64,000 bases of DNA from Chiloscyllium plagiosum. Its lineage: Eukaryota. The notes beneath the pieces are model-generated. The model did not search any database. It saw only the letters and a program-made list of their open reading frames with translations, and had not been told where the DNA came from. Both the position numbers and the translations under genes were made by a program. Shown here one piece after another: positions 26,501 to 40,283 of the stretch (positions are counted from its first letter, which is position 1; each line of letters begins with the position of its first letter). The stretch lies in NCBI RefSeq assembly GCF_004010195.1, contig NC_057749.1, positions 16,577,015 to 16,641,014 of the forward strand, in the 5' to 3' direction.

Positions 26501-26959
26501 CTGGCCTGGACTGCCAGCCTGGACAATATAGTGATCTGCTGGGCATGGAGTGATCGCCTGCCTGGGCCTCCTGAATGCTCAAACAACAGAACCACTTTGG
26601 CTGGGTGACCTCTGGATCAGATGGGGGTCTCCATTTAAACACTCATATGACAAATGTGTGGTACTGGGAGAAACCCTCATGAACCCTATGTCCTGGTACT
26701 GCCTTCCTGACAGCTGAGAAGAAACTGGAATTAATTAGCTGTTTGCAGGAGGTTAATAACAAAATATTTAGTATCTGAATGCTGGATACAGAACCAAAGA
26801 TATGAATTTAAAAACCTCAACAGGAAATGGCAAGAATATAACTTCCATGATCATTTGTTAATCTACACTGTAAAATCTAAAGAGTTTGAATTTATATAGT
26901 ACTGTTTATAATCAGAAAGTCCGAAAGTGTTTTTTTTAGCCACAGAGTTACCTGTCAAA

Positions 26960-27340
26960 TTGTAGTCATAGCAGTACTGTGGAAGGATGGCAGCTGCTTA
27001 GTGTATTGTAAGACAAATTCTCTCAAACAGCCATGTGATAATGAACTGGTCATCTGTTCTTGTGATGTTATATGAGGCATAAATATTGCCCTCACACGGA
27101 GGAGAATTCCTTTCCTCCTCTTCAAATTGTGGGATTGATAACATTCACTACAGATGGCAAATTGGAACCCTGTCCAATATCTCATTTGAAAGATGACACT
27201 TCCTCTAACATAGCATTCCCTCAATACAACAACAGAGAATGAGCCTGACACCGGGATATTGGCCGTTAAGTCTCTGAAGTGGGACTTGAACCTACAAACC
27301 CAGCTCTCTGCAGAGGTGTAAATGCAACTCACTGAATCAC
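26960..27340 (-). mobile_element. Deu-domain SINE (SacSINE1-like)
   Basis: Reverse-complement homolog of 30690-31020; other copies at ~23650-23940(-), 28060-28490(+), 32790-33050(-), 38820-39110(-), 40490-40770(-), 55610-55925(-), 63570-63810(+). Confidence 0.6.
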
Positions 27341-28697
27341 AACTTCAAGAGATGAAAAGAGCCACTTTTCCAAAATACCAATAGAGTCTCTAGCTTGGTG
27401 CTGCAGTGAATGTCGGTGTAAACACATGCAAAATTGGAGTGGAATAGGCTATAGTTAACCTTTATAACTATACTGTTGTTTTTGAGTTAAAGATTAAACA
27501 ACAATGAGATATAATGACTAAATATCAGTGAAATAATTGTGTAAAATGCCTTACCTTACGATTTCTGAATCTTAATCTCTGGAACTATCATTACAACTTT
27601 GCATACAGGATGAAGCTGGAACCAAACAGCATTCACTCCAATTGCAGCTGGTAGCTGGCATGGGCAAGCATTTGATATTATCATAAAGAAACTCAGAGTC
27701 ACAACGCCTCAGACACAAAAGAGCTGCTGGTCACAGGATGCAGGATAATATCAGTGTTGTTACTGCACTAGTTTAACTGTCTTATCTTGTATCAAATTAA
27801 GAAAAATGTAAAAGGTTTACACAAAGATTCAGTTGGTAAGTGCACTGTCCAGTCTTTTACTGAACTTTACCTCTAGGCTGAAACTTGTAGAATGTGGTGT
27901 TACCTGTGACTTATGACCCTTTCTACAGCTCTACTGTTTGTTAGTACTACTGACTGTACTGAAATCTATCAGCTTTTCAAGTACATTTAACTCCCAACTC
28001 CAATTTTTGAACTCCATTATCCAACCCAGCAGTCCCAGGTCCAATGCCAATTGACTACCAAGCGTAGTCAATACTATGCCACCAGAGATTCTGTCTTTTG
28101 GATGAAATGTCAAACTAGCATAGGCCTTTTCTGCCCGCTCATGTGGATGTATAAAATCTTGCAATATTATTAAAAGCAGGTAAGTTCTCCCCAGAATACT
28201 GGCCAATATTTATCTTTCAACGACATAACTAAAAACAAAAATTACTGATTTAGAACATAGAACATTACAGCGCAGTACAAGCCCTTTGGCCCTCGATGTT
28301 GCTCCGACCTGTCATACCAATCTGAAGCCCATGTAACCTACACTATTCCATGTACATCCATTTGTCTTGTATCTGTTTTTGGGACCTTGTAGAATTTGAA
28401 TGCTTTCAACAACAATGACACTACCATAAGCACTTCATTGACTTCATTTTGGGAAACCCAGAGGTTACAAAAGGCAGTTTAGAAATTCAAGTCAGTTTTT
28501 TTTTTATTTGTACCAGCTCTCAGCCAGACCTACAGTTGGGGGAATATTGGGAAGGGTAGGGATGGGGAGTAGCATAACTGAGCTGACTGCAGAATCACCG
28601 CGCTGGAAAAATAAAGACAGGGGACCCTTTCCAAAACTTCTTAGAGTGACTGTTGGTAGTTCAGCATGCTACATGGAAAGGCATATACTAAATAGAC

Positions 28698-28834
28698 TAG
28701 GTAAAAACAAGGACTGCAGATGCTGGAAATCAGATTCTAGATTAGAGTGGTGCTGGAAAAACACAGCAGGTCAGGCAGCATCCGAGGAGCAGAAAATTGA
28801 CATTTCGGGCAAAAGCCCTTCAAATGGAATAAAG
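28698..28834 (-). mobile_element. Penelope-derived solo terminal unit (family A)
   Basis: ggactgcagatgctgg...tttcgggcaaaagcccttc; TSD taaatagac on both sides. Confidence 0.8.
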
Positions 28835-28868
28835 TAAATAGACAAAAGGCCATTAATCCTTTAAAATA

Positions 28869-29088
28869 CAGGTATCTCCCACTTTTCGAACATTTGCTTT
28901 ACGCAATATTGCGTTTATGAAAGACCTACATTAGCACCTATTTTCACAAATCCAAAGAGGATTTTCGCTTGTACGTAAAAACGATGATACTTTTTCCCAT
29001 ATAAATCATGCACCTTTGCTTTACGCCATTTTCAGTTTACGAAAGGTTTCCTGGGAAGGCTGCACTTTCATATAGTGGGGGCTACCTG
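28869..29088. mobile_element. Tc1/mariner-pogo-type MITE
   Basis: TA|caggtatctcccact ... agtgggggctacctg|TA: 15 bp TIRs (2 mismatches), TA TSD, 220 bp. Confidence 0.85.
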
Positions 29089-30689
29089 TAAATGTATTAA
29101 GGTCAACAATAGGGACATTTTCTGAGTATCTATTGATGAGAAGGTGCTTCAAACCTTCAATTCATATTGAGGCTGGCCTCAAATGTTCATGGTTCTCAAA
29201 TATGCAGGTGGAGTCCTTCACTTCCAACTCCTACCCGGACTAATTCAGACCCAAAGGTGAAATCAGGATCACCTGATCTGACTTCCAAAAGTTGAGCAAC
29301 AGTTTCACATTGGCTATTTAGCTGGGTTGTCAACTCTGTTTATGTTCCTTCATCATGTGCCCTTCCAGCTACCAACCCCTATATCCCACTAGTGGTCCAT
29401 CAACTACTAACAACCAACCAAAAAGAAAGCAATTCTGTTACTGGATAGAATTCATCCTTACTGTGGTTCAGTCTGCTTGTAGTTTGCCATCTCTCTCCAA
29501 TACTACTACAGTGTTCAGAGAAGGCAAATTTCACTTAATTCCCCTATTTATGTTTCTCCTGGGCTTTGCTTGCTGCAGCCTAATCCTGGAGCTTAGTTGT
29601 CAATTCTTGGAGATTTTTGGGGCAATCGTGGAGTTTTGGCAACCCAAACATCCAGTGCTGTCGAACAGCACAGTTCATGGCTCAGACAGAAAATATCCAG
29701 CTGTCTGCACCTGGTCAAATTGCTCCCCCTCACATTCACCACAACAATCCCTGGTTCCTTCCTGTTTTAGCAGCTGCCTCACATCATTCATTGTGGTGTT
29801 CCTAATTTGGCATGCATTTGCTGGAGGTGCAAGCTCCTTAAGCAGCCCCTTTAGTCAGGAATGTGAGACTTAATACTCCCAGGCGCAGAATAACATTGCT
29901 GATTGGATACACAGCAAAGCAACTGTTCATACTGTGTGAAGAAAAGTCAGAAGGAATTCCAATCGAGTATAGTCAAGCGATCATGTTGCTATAACAGTGA
30001 ATTGAGTGAGGTGAATTGTTTGCAAGTAATTTGTTCCCCAGTGCAAAGAGATCAAGTGCCAGGGAACAGAAAATAAGATGAACAGCAAAGTCAGAAACAC
30101 TTAGCGGGTCAGTCTGCATCTGGAGAGGACAAACAAGCCGACCTTACAGACTTTGTCACAGAACTCAAAAACTACACAGCACAGTTCAAAAAGAAAAAAC
30201 AAAGAAAAGGGCAAAAAATGGAATATGCTTGCACACAAAAAAAATGAAGTTACAAACACACAAATACTCACATGGTGCAAACACACGATTGTGCAAGTCT
30301 CTAAATGCTTAGGTCCGAGCACTTAAATAGTGTGACATGAATGCATGTCTTGGGATCAGAGAAATTGAATGTGTTTTTAATCTGATGCAGTGCAACTTTA
30401 ACTTCTTCAGAAAGCATGAGAGAAGTTATTGTAAAAAGCTCCCCTGTTTCCTTTAAGGAGAGATGACAGGGGTGGGGATGGGTGGAAATAGAGACAGAGA
30501 GACACGAGAACCCCTTAAACTTGACCTGATATAAAACCAAATCTCTGATCTTGATCTCGACTCAGTCCTCAGTTACAATAAGAGGGACCTCACAAAGAAT
30601 CTCGTCATTATCACAATTCTGTTCATGGGAGCTTGTTTCCAACAAATTGACTGCAGCATTTACTGAGCACGACATGGTCGGAGGGTCAG

Positions 30690-31020
30690 CGCTGAGGGAG
30701 TGCTGCACTGTTATAGATACTGTATTTCAGAGATATGCTCCCTCAGGTTGACGTAAGAGATCCCATGGCACTTTTTCAAAAAGTTGGGGTTGCTCTCCCT
30801 AGTGTCCTGCTCAAGATTTATCTCTTGACTAGCATCACAGACTCAGATTTTGCTTGTCATTTTTACAATGCTGTCTGTGGGAGCTTGTCATGCACAAACC
30901 AGCTGCTAGGTTTCTGCATTCCAACAGTGACTACATTTCAAAATTACTCCATTGGCTGTAAAGTGGTTTGAAACATCCTGATGACATCAAAGGCACCATA
31001 TAAATGCAAATATTTATTTT
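30690..31020 (+). mobile_element. Deu-domain SINE (SacSINE1-like)
   Basis: ctgagggagtgctgcactg...gatcccatggcact...gtgtcctg...tgtgggagcttg...ataaatgcaa tail. Confidence 0.65.
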
Positions 31021-31569
31021 CTTTAACAGTTACTTCGGTTTTTAATAGAGGTACAACAAAACAAATATCAAAATGTAAACTCCAAGTTTAAATCAAGATA
31101 TCCCTTACCTTCACAGTCTTGTTTTCTTAATTGCTGAAAGACAATTGCTGCACTATCAGATCATGCGGTATCTTAGACAGACCCTTTACTCAATTTCCTG
31201 TCTTTTCAACCAGTGGCCAGTACAACGGGTGCTGTTTGTCACACTTCAAACAGGTTGATAGAGGAGTTGCAACTTACCATTCAGTGTATAGCTTTACAAA
31301 GCAGATATATTTAAAATAAATTACAGACTGGGATTAAGGTGTCCAGCAACATGCTGCCCTCAATCCATCCTTGGATTACATGTCCTCCCAGTGGTCGTGG
31401 TGGTAATAGTGGTCAGGGGATTGGGGTGGTGGGGGTGGGGGGTTGAAATTGCTGACGTTGAGGAAATGGGCAGGGGCCATAGTTCAGGATGCATAGAAAA
31501 GCACTGCATTGTATAGACCCTTTCAAACTGATTGGATACTGATGTCTCAAAGTGCCTTGCATGGAACTT

Positions 31570-32250
31570 CTAAAATGTAGTCACACTCACGTAGACCCTC
31601 TCTCAGACACACACTCACGAACACATGTTCTGACAGGCTTATATTCCATCACACTCAAATACTTGATCAAGCACGCACACAAGCAATCACACACACTCGC
31701 AATCACATGCAGACACTCACACTCTCTCTCTCCCCGTCACAAGCACGCGTACACACACACAAGTCTTTGCGGTGAATTTGCATTTGCAGAATTGTAATTG
31801 CAGATACATTCTATTTTGTTCAAAAAGCACACAATCTGCAGGCAGTCAGTCCGTCCATGTTAAATTTTATTAATTCCTGCTTTGGAAATAGAACCAGTTT
31901 GGCTCAAGATTGGGATACAAACAAACTCTCATCTCACACTTTTAATGCATTGTCTGAGCTATCACGTTTTTAAAAATAGAACTTCAAGTTGTCTCGAGAA
32001 ATATGTAAGTTTTGGGATTTACATATTAATGAACTGAAACCTGCAACCCATTCTAAAAGATGAAAGACTTAACAGCAATTTAGGTTTGTTCAATATATCG
32101 TTTCAGTTGCATAACACTGTAATCTTTTGCTATAAATTCTGTGTCTTACGATCCTGTTACATAGCTACCTGATGAAGGGGCAGCACTCCAAAAGCTAGTA
32201 CTTCCAAATAAACCTGTTGGTCTATAACCTGGTGTTGTGTGATTTAAAAC
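31570..32250 (+). mobile_element. Penelope-like 3' region (family B)
   Basis: CA-rich stretch then ctgatgaaggggcagcactccaaaagctag...aataaacctgttgg terminus. Confidence 0.7.
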
Positions 32251-33835
32251 TGTTCCAGAAAACATAGCACATAAGATTAGAAGAAATGGGAGGAGTAGGC
32301 CATACAACTCTTCAAGCCTGCTCTTCCATTCACAAGATCGTAGTTGTTCTGTGGCCTGAACTCCACTTTTCTGATAGTTCTCCAGTAACTTTTAACTACC
32401 CTGGAAATCTGATTTAGCCTTGAATATATTCAAAGACCCAGCATTCATTGCTCATTTCAGAAGAGATTTCCAAAGACTAACCATTCTCTGAGGGAAGATT
32501 TGTTTCCTTAACTCAATCTTAAATTGGAAACCTTTTAATTTAAACTGTTTCTAGATTCCTCCAGTAGGAAAAACATCCTTCCATCATTTAACCTAATCAA
32601 GCTTCCTCTTAAGTTTCAAAAATTCAAATAAATTCTGTTTTGTTTAGTGGTTGGGCCAGCTGCATCACTCCTGCAATATCCACCTTACACCTGCTTAAAA
32701 CAACTAGCAAAGTTAGGGTGCAGGCTGCATTCTTAAAATGTTTTGAGAGGGTCTGGCCTGGTCCATAACAAGAGTGACTGAATTACCTATTTTCTGGCAC
32801 ATTCATTGAGGGATTAAATGTTGGCCAGGATACCTCTGAGAATTCCTCTGGTTTTCTTCAAAGTAGTACCACAGGATATTTAGCACCCACAAGAGAGAAG
32901 ATGGGACTTTGGCGTAATGTCTCATCAGGAAGATAGGACCTCTAGTGACAGTGCAGCACTTCGATTTGTTCTGGAGTGAGACTTGAACTTAGAAGCTTAT
33001 GATTTGGTGGGTCTGACAAAGTGATGAGAGTGTTACCAATTAAGCACTGCCGATAGTGCCAAGATACAGGGTGTACAATGCTCATGAATGGTGTTTGGAG
33101 AAGTTGGAGAGCTTCTGAAAATCATAGGGGAAGTTCAAACAGAGTGAGCAACTGGTGAGCAATGTTTGAGGAAATAATGGCATTTAGTTTGTCAATTGAA
33201 AACCCAAATGTCATTTATTCTTGGATTAAAATTCTGTGAATTGTGAAGAATAAAGACACACAAACTAACAAAAACACAGCATTTTCCATGTAATATTTCA
33301 AATTTTCCTCAAGAAATAAGCCAGAAATCTGGAAATTAGCAGATGGAAAGGGAGATGAGTGATGGAACACATCTGTGACTTGGAACCTGAGTGGAGATGA
33401 CAGGAAGAATGGAGTTTGAACTTCCTGTTTCTGATACAATATCTGATGAAGAAAATGGAAGTTTTTAAAATCTAAACTAAAAACGTTCATTCCTAAATGG
33501 CAATGAAAAGTTTTCAACAAAATCAGCATAGTTCACTTCCTTTTTTTTGTTAAGATTAAGAAATTGCAAACTGCACAGATCTGCAGAATGCAAAAGTATT
33601 TTGCAAATACAAAATGTACAGGATTCAAGAAAAATAAGCTCCAGGATTCTCTTAAGCTGGACTTCAATGCTAAACAGGGCAATAGAGGGGTGAAGCTGGG
33701 AGGTGAATTACTGTTGTTATCAGACAAATTATTTGTGCAATATTTCTGTCATATAATGAACTATTAGTCAACCAACTATTTACTGGCAGTGTCGGTCGAA
33801 GGAAGGTCTGAGTATCAGTTCTTGCTCATCAAATA

Positions 33836-33958
33836 AAAACTGAATGCACTGCAGATAACTGTTCTGAGGAAGGGTCACTCAATCCAAAATGTTAACATTG
33901 ATTTCTCTCCATTGATGTTGCCAGACCTGCTGAGCTTTTCCAGCAATTCCATTTATGT
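33836..33958. mobile_element. Penelope-derived mini insert
   Basis: Degenerate ctgaggaagggtc core; TSD ttcttgctcatcaaata (33819-33835) / ttcttactcatcaaata (33959-33975). Confidence 0.7.
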
Positions 33959-34499
33959 TTCTTACTCATCAAATACTTGATGTTCAATCTCCTGAGTAAT
34001 CAAAGCAGAGGGGGTCACAAGACCAAAGACATGAGTTTCAAACCCAGCTCATTGTTTCAGGTTAGCAGTCTCTTTGTCATTACTGCAGTGAAGGGTCAGT
34101 CGAAATTATGTCTGGATCTGAATGGAACATGTAATGTTTTAAGGGGGTTAACAGGCTGGCTGCAGAGAGGCTATTTCCTGTGTCTGGTGAGTTTAGGACC
34201 AGAGGCACAACATCAGAGGGCTATGACATTCAGGACTGACTTTGCTCCAAGAATTGCGATTCTATGGAACATTCTATCCCAGAGGGATATGGAAGCTTAG
34301 TCATTTTAGAGAAGTTAATATATTATTTGGGTACCAATAAAATTAAAGGGTAAAGGAATAGCACAGGGGAGGTATTGAGGTAAAAGCTTCCTCCTTTTTT
34401 TGTGTTCTCACACAGTTTGAGCACATAAAGCTCCATGCCCAATATTGGGGGAGGTGAAGAATTAAGGCAAATGCTGTGATAATGGAAATAAAAATAAGA

Positions 34500-34627
34500 T
34501 TCCTGAAGAAGGGCTCATGCCCAAAACGTCGATTCTGCTGCTCCTTGGATGCTGCCTGACCTGCTGCGCTTTTCCAGCAACACATTTTCAGCTCTGATCT
34601 CCGGCATCTGCAGTCCTCACTTTCTCC
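34500..34627 (+). mobile_element. Penelope-derived solo terminal unit (family A)
   Basis: ttcctgaagaagggctcatgcccaaaacgtcg...catctgcagtcctcac; 13 bp TSD aataaaaataaga. Confidence 0.85.
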
Positions 34628-35039
34628 AATAAAAATAAGACAGTCAGAGATGCAGCAATGAAGCTTCATTTAGTCAAATCAAGGATGTAAAGAACAGGAG
34701 GGTGTATAGGATGAGACATATGGAGCTTAAGAGGAACAGAAGGAAAAGGAGAAAGGTTGAAAAATGTCCAACAATATTGATTCAGTCAGGTCAAGGGAGT
34801 AAACACAGAAAATGTGAGGGAGGAATGATAGGAATCTGGCAGCCACTGAAGGATTATAGCTCACATTTGGTGAATTCATCAATATTGCCAAAGGGCAGGT
34901 TCTAGCCCTGCAGATCGGAGATCTGCCAGCTATGCATTTAATGGGTAGAATAGGTTCCATGGGAGGGCTGATTGTCGCTAGCTAGTGGAAATTGTTGGGT
35001 GATTAGTTAAATGAATTTCTTTGTTGCATTGCTTTAAAT

Positions 35040-36830
35040 TTCCACATTGATTTATTACTATCATGTGTACCAAGGTACAGTAAAAGGTGTTGTCTTGTGT
35101 GCAGGATACAATGTTACAGCTGCCAAGAAGCTGCAGAGATCAAGATTAACATTAAAAAGGTCCATTCAAAAATCTGATAACAGTGTGGAAGAAGCTGTTC
35201 TTGAATCTGTTAGTGTATACTGACTTTTATATCATATGTCTAATGGAAGAGGGTGGAAGACTGCTTAACCGGGGTGGGAGGGGTCTTTGATTATGTTGGT
35301 TGCTTTCCCAATGCAGTGGAAAGTATAGATGAAGTCAATAGATGGAAGGCTGGTTAGTGTGATGGACTGGGCTGTGTTCACAACTCCATTTTCTTTTGAT
35401 CTTAGGAAGAGCAGTTGCCTTACCACACTGTGATACACTCAGACAGAATGCTTTCTATGGTGCAACAATAAAAATTTGTAAGAGTCTGTAGGAACATGGC
35501 GAATTTCCTTAGCCCCATAAGGAAGCCAAGCATTCTTAACCAGAGTGTCAATGTAGGTCAACCAGGCCAGATTACTGGTGATCGTCACTCCCAAGAACTT
35601 GACCATCTCCACCTCAGCACCATTGATGCAAACAGGTGTGTGCCTTCCACTCTGCTTCCTGAAGTCAATGACCAGCATCTTCATTTTGCTGACATTAATT
35701 GAGAGATTGTCGTCTTTACATTATGGCATTAAGCACTCAATCTCTTCCTCTACTCCATATCGTTGTTGTTTGAGATCTGACCTACGACAGTGGTGTCATC
35801 AGCAAACATTCAATGGAGTTGGTGTGGAATTTGTCACACAGTCATGTGCATATAAGGAGTATAGTAGTTGGCTAAGTACACAGCTATGCAGGGCACCAGT
35901 GCTGAAGATTATTGTGGAGGTGGTGTTGGTCAGAAAGTTTAGAATCCAGCTATAGAGAGGGGAGCAGAGACCTAGGTCCTGAAGTTTGGAATTATGGTGT
36001 TGAAGGTGGAGCTGTAGTCAATAAGTAGGAACCTGACCTAGATATCCTTGTTGTCCAGATGCTCCAGGGATGAGTGTCAGGTCAGGAAGATGGTGTCTGC
36101 TGTTGACCTGTTGTGCCAGTAGGCGAATTGCAAGGGATCAAGGCAATCTGAGAGGCTGGAGATGATGTGAGCCATATCCAACCTCTCGAAGCACTTCATA
36201 GTTGTGGAGGTCAGATCCTCCTAACAGTGGTCATTGAGGCACGCTGTGTGATTTTTCTTTGGCATTTGGATGACGGTGGTCTTCTTGAAGCAGGTAGGGA
36301 CTTCAGATTGAAGTAAGAAGAGGTTGAAGATCTCTGCAAATATTCCTGCAAGCTGGTTCACAGAGGATTGAAGTGCATGGCTGTGGACTCCATCCAGGGT
36401 GGTCACTTTCCAGGTGTTCAGTCTTAGATAGCCAATCTAACATCTGTGGTGATGACCAAGGATACAGGTGCATGTGAGGCTCATGGAATAGGTGAAATCA
36501 TTTCACTGCCCTTCTGTTCATAGCTTTTATAAAGGGAAGCTCATCAGAAGGGAAGTACGGTTGCCTGTGATTCTGTTCAACTTTGCTTTGCAGCGTATTA
36601 TGTCATGTAAACCTTGTTACAAACAACAGGTGTCCATGCGGTTGGTCTGGACATCAAGCAAAGTTTGGTATTGCCTCTTGGCGTCCCTGATGGCCTTGTG
36701 AAGGTCATACCTGGATTTCCTGTATAGGCCAGGGTCACCCAACTTGAATGCCTCAGATCTGGACTTCAGCAGGGAGTGGATCTCCCAGTTCCTCCATGGT
36801 TTCCAGTTGGGTAACATTCGGATTAACACT
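35040..36830 (-). mobile_element. Rex1/Babar-type LINE remnant
   Basis: QLAGIFAEIFNLFLLQSEVPTCFKKTTVI..PKK and LVIDFRK...INGAEVE..KFLGVTI motifs; many frameshifts. Confidence 0.88.
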
Positions 36831-37231
36831 GAATGAACTCATTAAAATTATGAAGTATATTTATGAATGAAACACTTCAATGAAGTTTTAAATAATTTGA
36901 AAGTTTGTTTCAGCACAAGTCTGAAAGTTACCCCACATCAGCTTTAAAACCAATCCAATTACTGAACAAACTGAATGGTAATGTATCAGCATCTGGTTAA
37001 GGTGACCATCTAAGCGATATTGGCACCACACCCACCATCGATGCTCAGTACACACTGCTGCTGCTATCTACATCTTCTGTTCTTCAGAAATTCACCAAGG
37101 CTCCTTAGACAGCACATTCAAAACTCATGACCTCTTCCATCTGTAAGGACAAGTGTAGCAGATGCTTGGGAACACCACCACCTGCACATTCCATTCCAAG
37201 CCACTCACCATTCTGACTTGGAAATGTATTG

Positions 37232-37443
37232 GGAGAAAATGAGGACTGCAGATGCTAGAGCTCAGAGTCAAAAGTGTAGTGCTGGAAAAGGACAGCAGGT
37301 CAATCAGTATCCAAGGAGCAGGAGAATCGATGTTTTGGACATAAACCCTTCATCAGGCATGAAGTGTTTATGCCTGAAACATCGATTCTCCTGCTCCTTA
37401 GATGCTGCCTGACCTGCTGTACTTTTCCAGCACTACACGCTCA
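37232..37443. mobile_element. Penelope-derived fold-back mini element (family A) inside a LINE 3' end
   Basis: Inverted arms around cttcatcaggcatgaag; 16 bp TSD acttggaaatgtattg (37216-37231, 37444-37459). Confidence 0.85.
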
Positions 37444-37674
37444 ACTTGGAAATGTATTGCCATTCCTTCAGTCTCACTGGGTCAAAATCCTCTAATTCCC
37501 TCCTTATTGGTAAATCCTCTAATTCCCTCCTTACACCACACGGGCTGCAGCAGTTCAAGAAGACTGCTCACTACTGTCTTAAGGGCAACTCAGGATGAGC
37601 AATAAATATTGGCCAGCCAGCTACACCCATATCCCATAAATGAATAAAAAGAAGAAAAAAATTCTCAATCATTG

Positions 37675-38389
37675 TGAAGTGGGAGATGACACAGAGCAGA
37701 GTGACACTAGGCACACGGACACACAAGGTGGCTGCCGAGCTATCAATTGGCCACTTAACACATAAGATGGCCTCTGGACCACAATATGGAGAGAGACAGT
37801 AGAGCAAATACAGACACTTCCTGGGGCCACCAGAATGCCAGCACAATGCATTCACAACCTAGCTGATTAGTTTAAGGTGGGTGGGAGAAGAGAATACACA
37901 TGAGTAATGTACACTGCCCGCCGAAGTGTCTGGGTCCAGCCAACACCTTTTATGGAAATGTTAACTGCTTGATACGGACTCAATAAAGAGTGCTAAAGCC
38001 AGAGCTGCTGTAATCATCCTTCTCTGGAAGAGCGATTAGTACCCACTACGAGAGCAACGGACTTCTGCGCAGACACAGAAACTGACAATGACTGAAACTA
38101 ACAACAACTGTGCTGAAATTAACAAAGGCTGTGCTGGAACTGACAATGACTTGGTATCGCAACTATCAACGTTTCTGCAATGATTACCATGTTACAAAGA
38201 CAATAATCTCATCACTGACCTATTGTATCACAAGATGTATAAAAGCATCATGGTATGTGCTCCGGGTCGAGTGAAGAATCGCAGCTGACCGCTGTGCTGT
38301 TGGTATCTGTCTCTCTCCCCAGAGCTCCAGTATTGCAAAAAACTCTGTCATTGAACCCCGAGTCTGACTCAGTGGTTTTCCCCATAACA
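37675..38389 (+). mobile_element. Solo LTR (retrovirus- or Gypsy-like)
   Basis: ATTG|TGAAG...ATAACA|ATTG: TG..CA ends, 4 bp TSD, TATA box tataaaag near 38239, retains CpGs. Confidence 0.7.
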
Positions 38390-40283
38390 ATTGGAAGAAA
38401 ATCGTCTATTTAGTCCAGTCGGTAGCTTGACTTGGAATCATAAATTGTGCTTCAAAACTAATTTCAGCACTTGTGCAGAAATGAAGCTCACTTTTCCATG
38501 CATTGAGTTGTCAGTGAACCATCCACTGGACGATCAATTAAAGTAAGGTCTCATCGATCTCTTGTTTGTTACTGGGATGTGGGCATCGTAGGCTCAGCCA
38601 AGTATTTATTGCTCATCTCTATTTACCGTGAAACTGAGTGGCTTGCAGGGTCATTCCAGAGGACAGCTGAGAGTCAACCACACTGATGTGGGTTTGGAGT
38701 GATACGTAGGCCAGATCAGGTTAGAAAAGGTTAAGAACATTAATGAACCAGGCAGTTCAATGTTCAGGATTTGTCAATGTGAAAGGAAGGAAAGCAAATC
38801 TCATTCATTTGGATGAATCAAAGTGTTTCACAGCCAATATAGTATTTTTGATGTACAGTCACTGTTATACTGTCAGAAACGTAGCAAACAAATTGTGCAT
38901 AAGATTCTACAAACAGCAATGAAATAAAAACCGGGTAATTCTGGTTGGGTGTTGTTTGAAGTATAAGTCTTCACCAGAATACTGAGAAAGCAACTTTTAG
39001 TGCTTTCCACAGGATCTTGTACATCCCGGAGAAGAAGGCCAGGAAATCAGCATAACATTTATTCTGAAAGGGAATTTCCAATAGTGCAGCACTCCTGCAG
39101 TACTACCCAAAGAAAAGTGTTGCTGATGTACTTTAAAAACAAGCTGAAATCAGTTGTTAGAAGTTCTTCACTGCCATATATCTAAAAGTAAGATGCCTGT
39201 CAAGCAATAGTCTCACACACAAATAATATTGTGTACATTTTAATTAGGGCAAAAAACATTTCATTTGAGTAAATGTGTGAAATATATTACTTCGGAAGTT
39301 TTACACAGGACAAGAATTATTTAATATATTGAGACCTGGACAATTAAAGCTGAGGAGAGGGAAAGGCTGAGCAGTTCCCATCTTCACTGTCTCAGACATA
39401 TCCTTGGTTTCTCTTGACTGGACTAGTTCAGACTAATGCTGCACCTTTTCAGGCCACCCCACCTTCATATGCAGCAGATGTGGCAGAGTCTGCTCTGCTA
39501 TGCAACCCTTAACAAAGGTTGACCATTAGGGTAAAAACCATCATCTTAACAGGACAAGAGACTGTTTTCATATCAGTGCAGTAAAAATCTGGTGGTTTCT
39601 AATCTGACAATGGAAAGTGAGTAGAGAATAATTAAAAGGGATGAATTACATGAGAATTTTGACAATATTAAAGCTGTTTTAAGTGCACCACTCCCTGTCA
39701 CACAATGCCATCTTTTACAGCATCCTTCCTCAGTCTTTTTGGGATGTTGGTTTGTGCTGTGCTGGTCAACTCTGACTCAACAACAGGTGTGTCCAATAGG
39801 ATGTGGTTGAAAGGAGTTAGCCTACATTCTGCCTTTGTCTACCCCTTTACTTCTCATTTTCATCCTGCAGTGCTGACTTGCAACAACATGGAAAAGAGCC
39901 TCCCATTGTCGGATCACAGCCTTTCCATTGGCAAGTCTCAGCTGTACATCCTCTGACTTTTTCTTTAAAAAAGTCATTCACAGGATGTGACTTTCACTGG
40001 CTATACCAGCATCTATTGCCCTTCAGGCAGTTGAGAGTCAACCACTTTGCTGTGGGTCTGGTGTCACATGCAAGCCAGACTGGGGAAGGACACAAGATTT
40101 TCTTTCCCGAATGGGCATTAATGAACCAGATGGTCTTTTATGACAATCAAGAGTAGTTTTAGGGTTGCCACTATCGTAGCTTTTAATTCCAGATTTTTCC
40201 TATTTAATTCAGATTTTACTATCTACTATGGTGGGATGCAAACCCTTTTCCTCAGAATGTGAACTTGGGGTTCTAGATGACAA

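Noticed and set aside
29355..29873. 172 aa ORF
   Set aside because: No recognisable motif or convincing splice boundaries; composition looks like non-coding translation.
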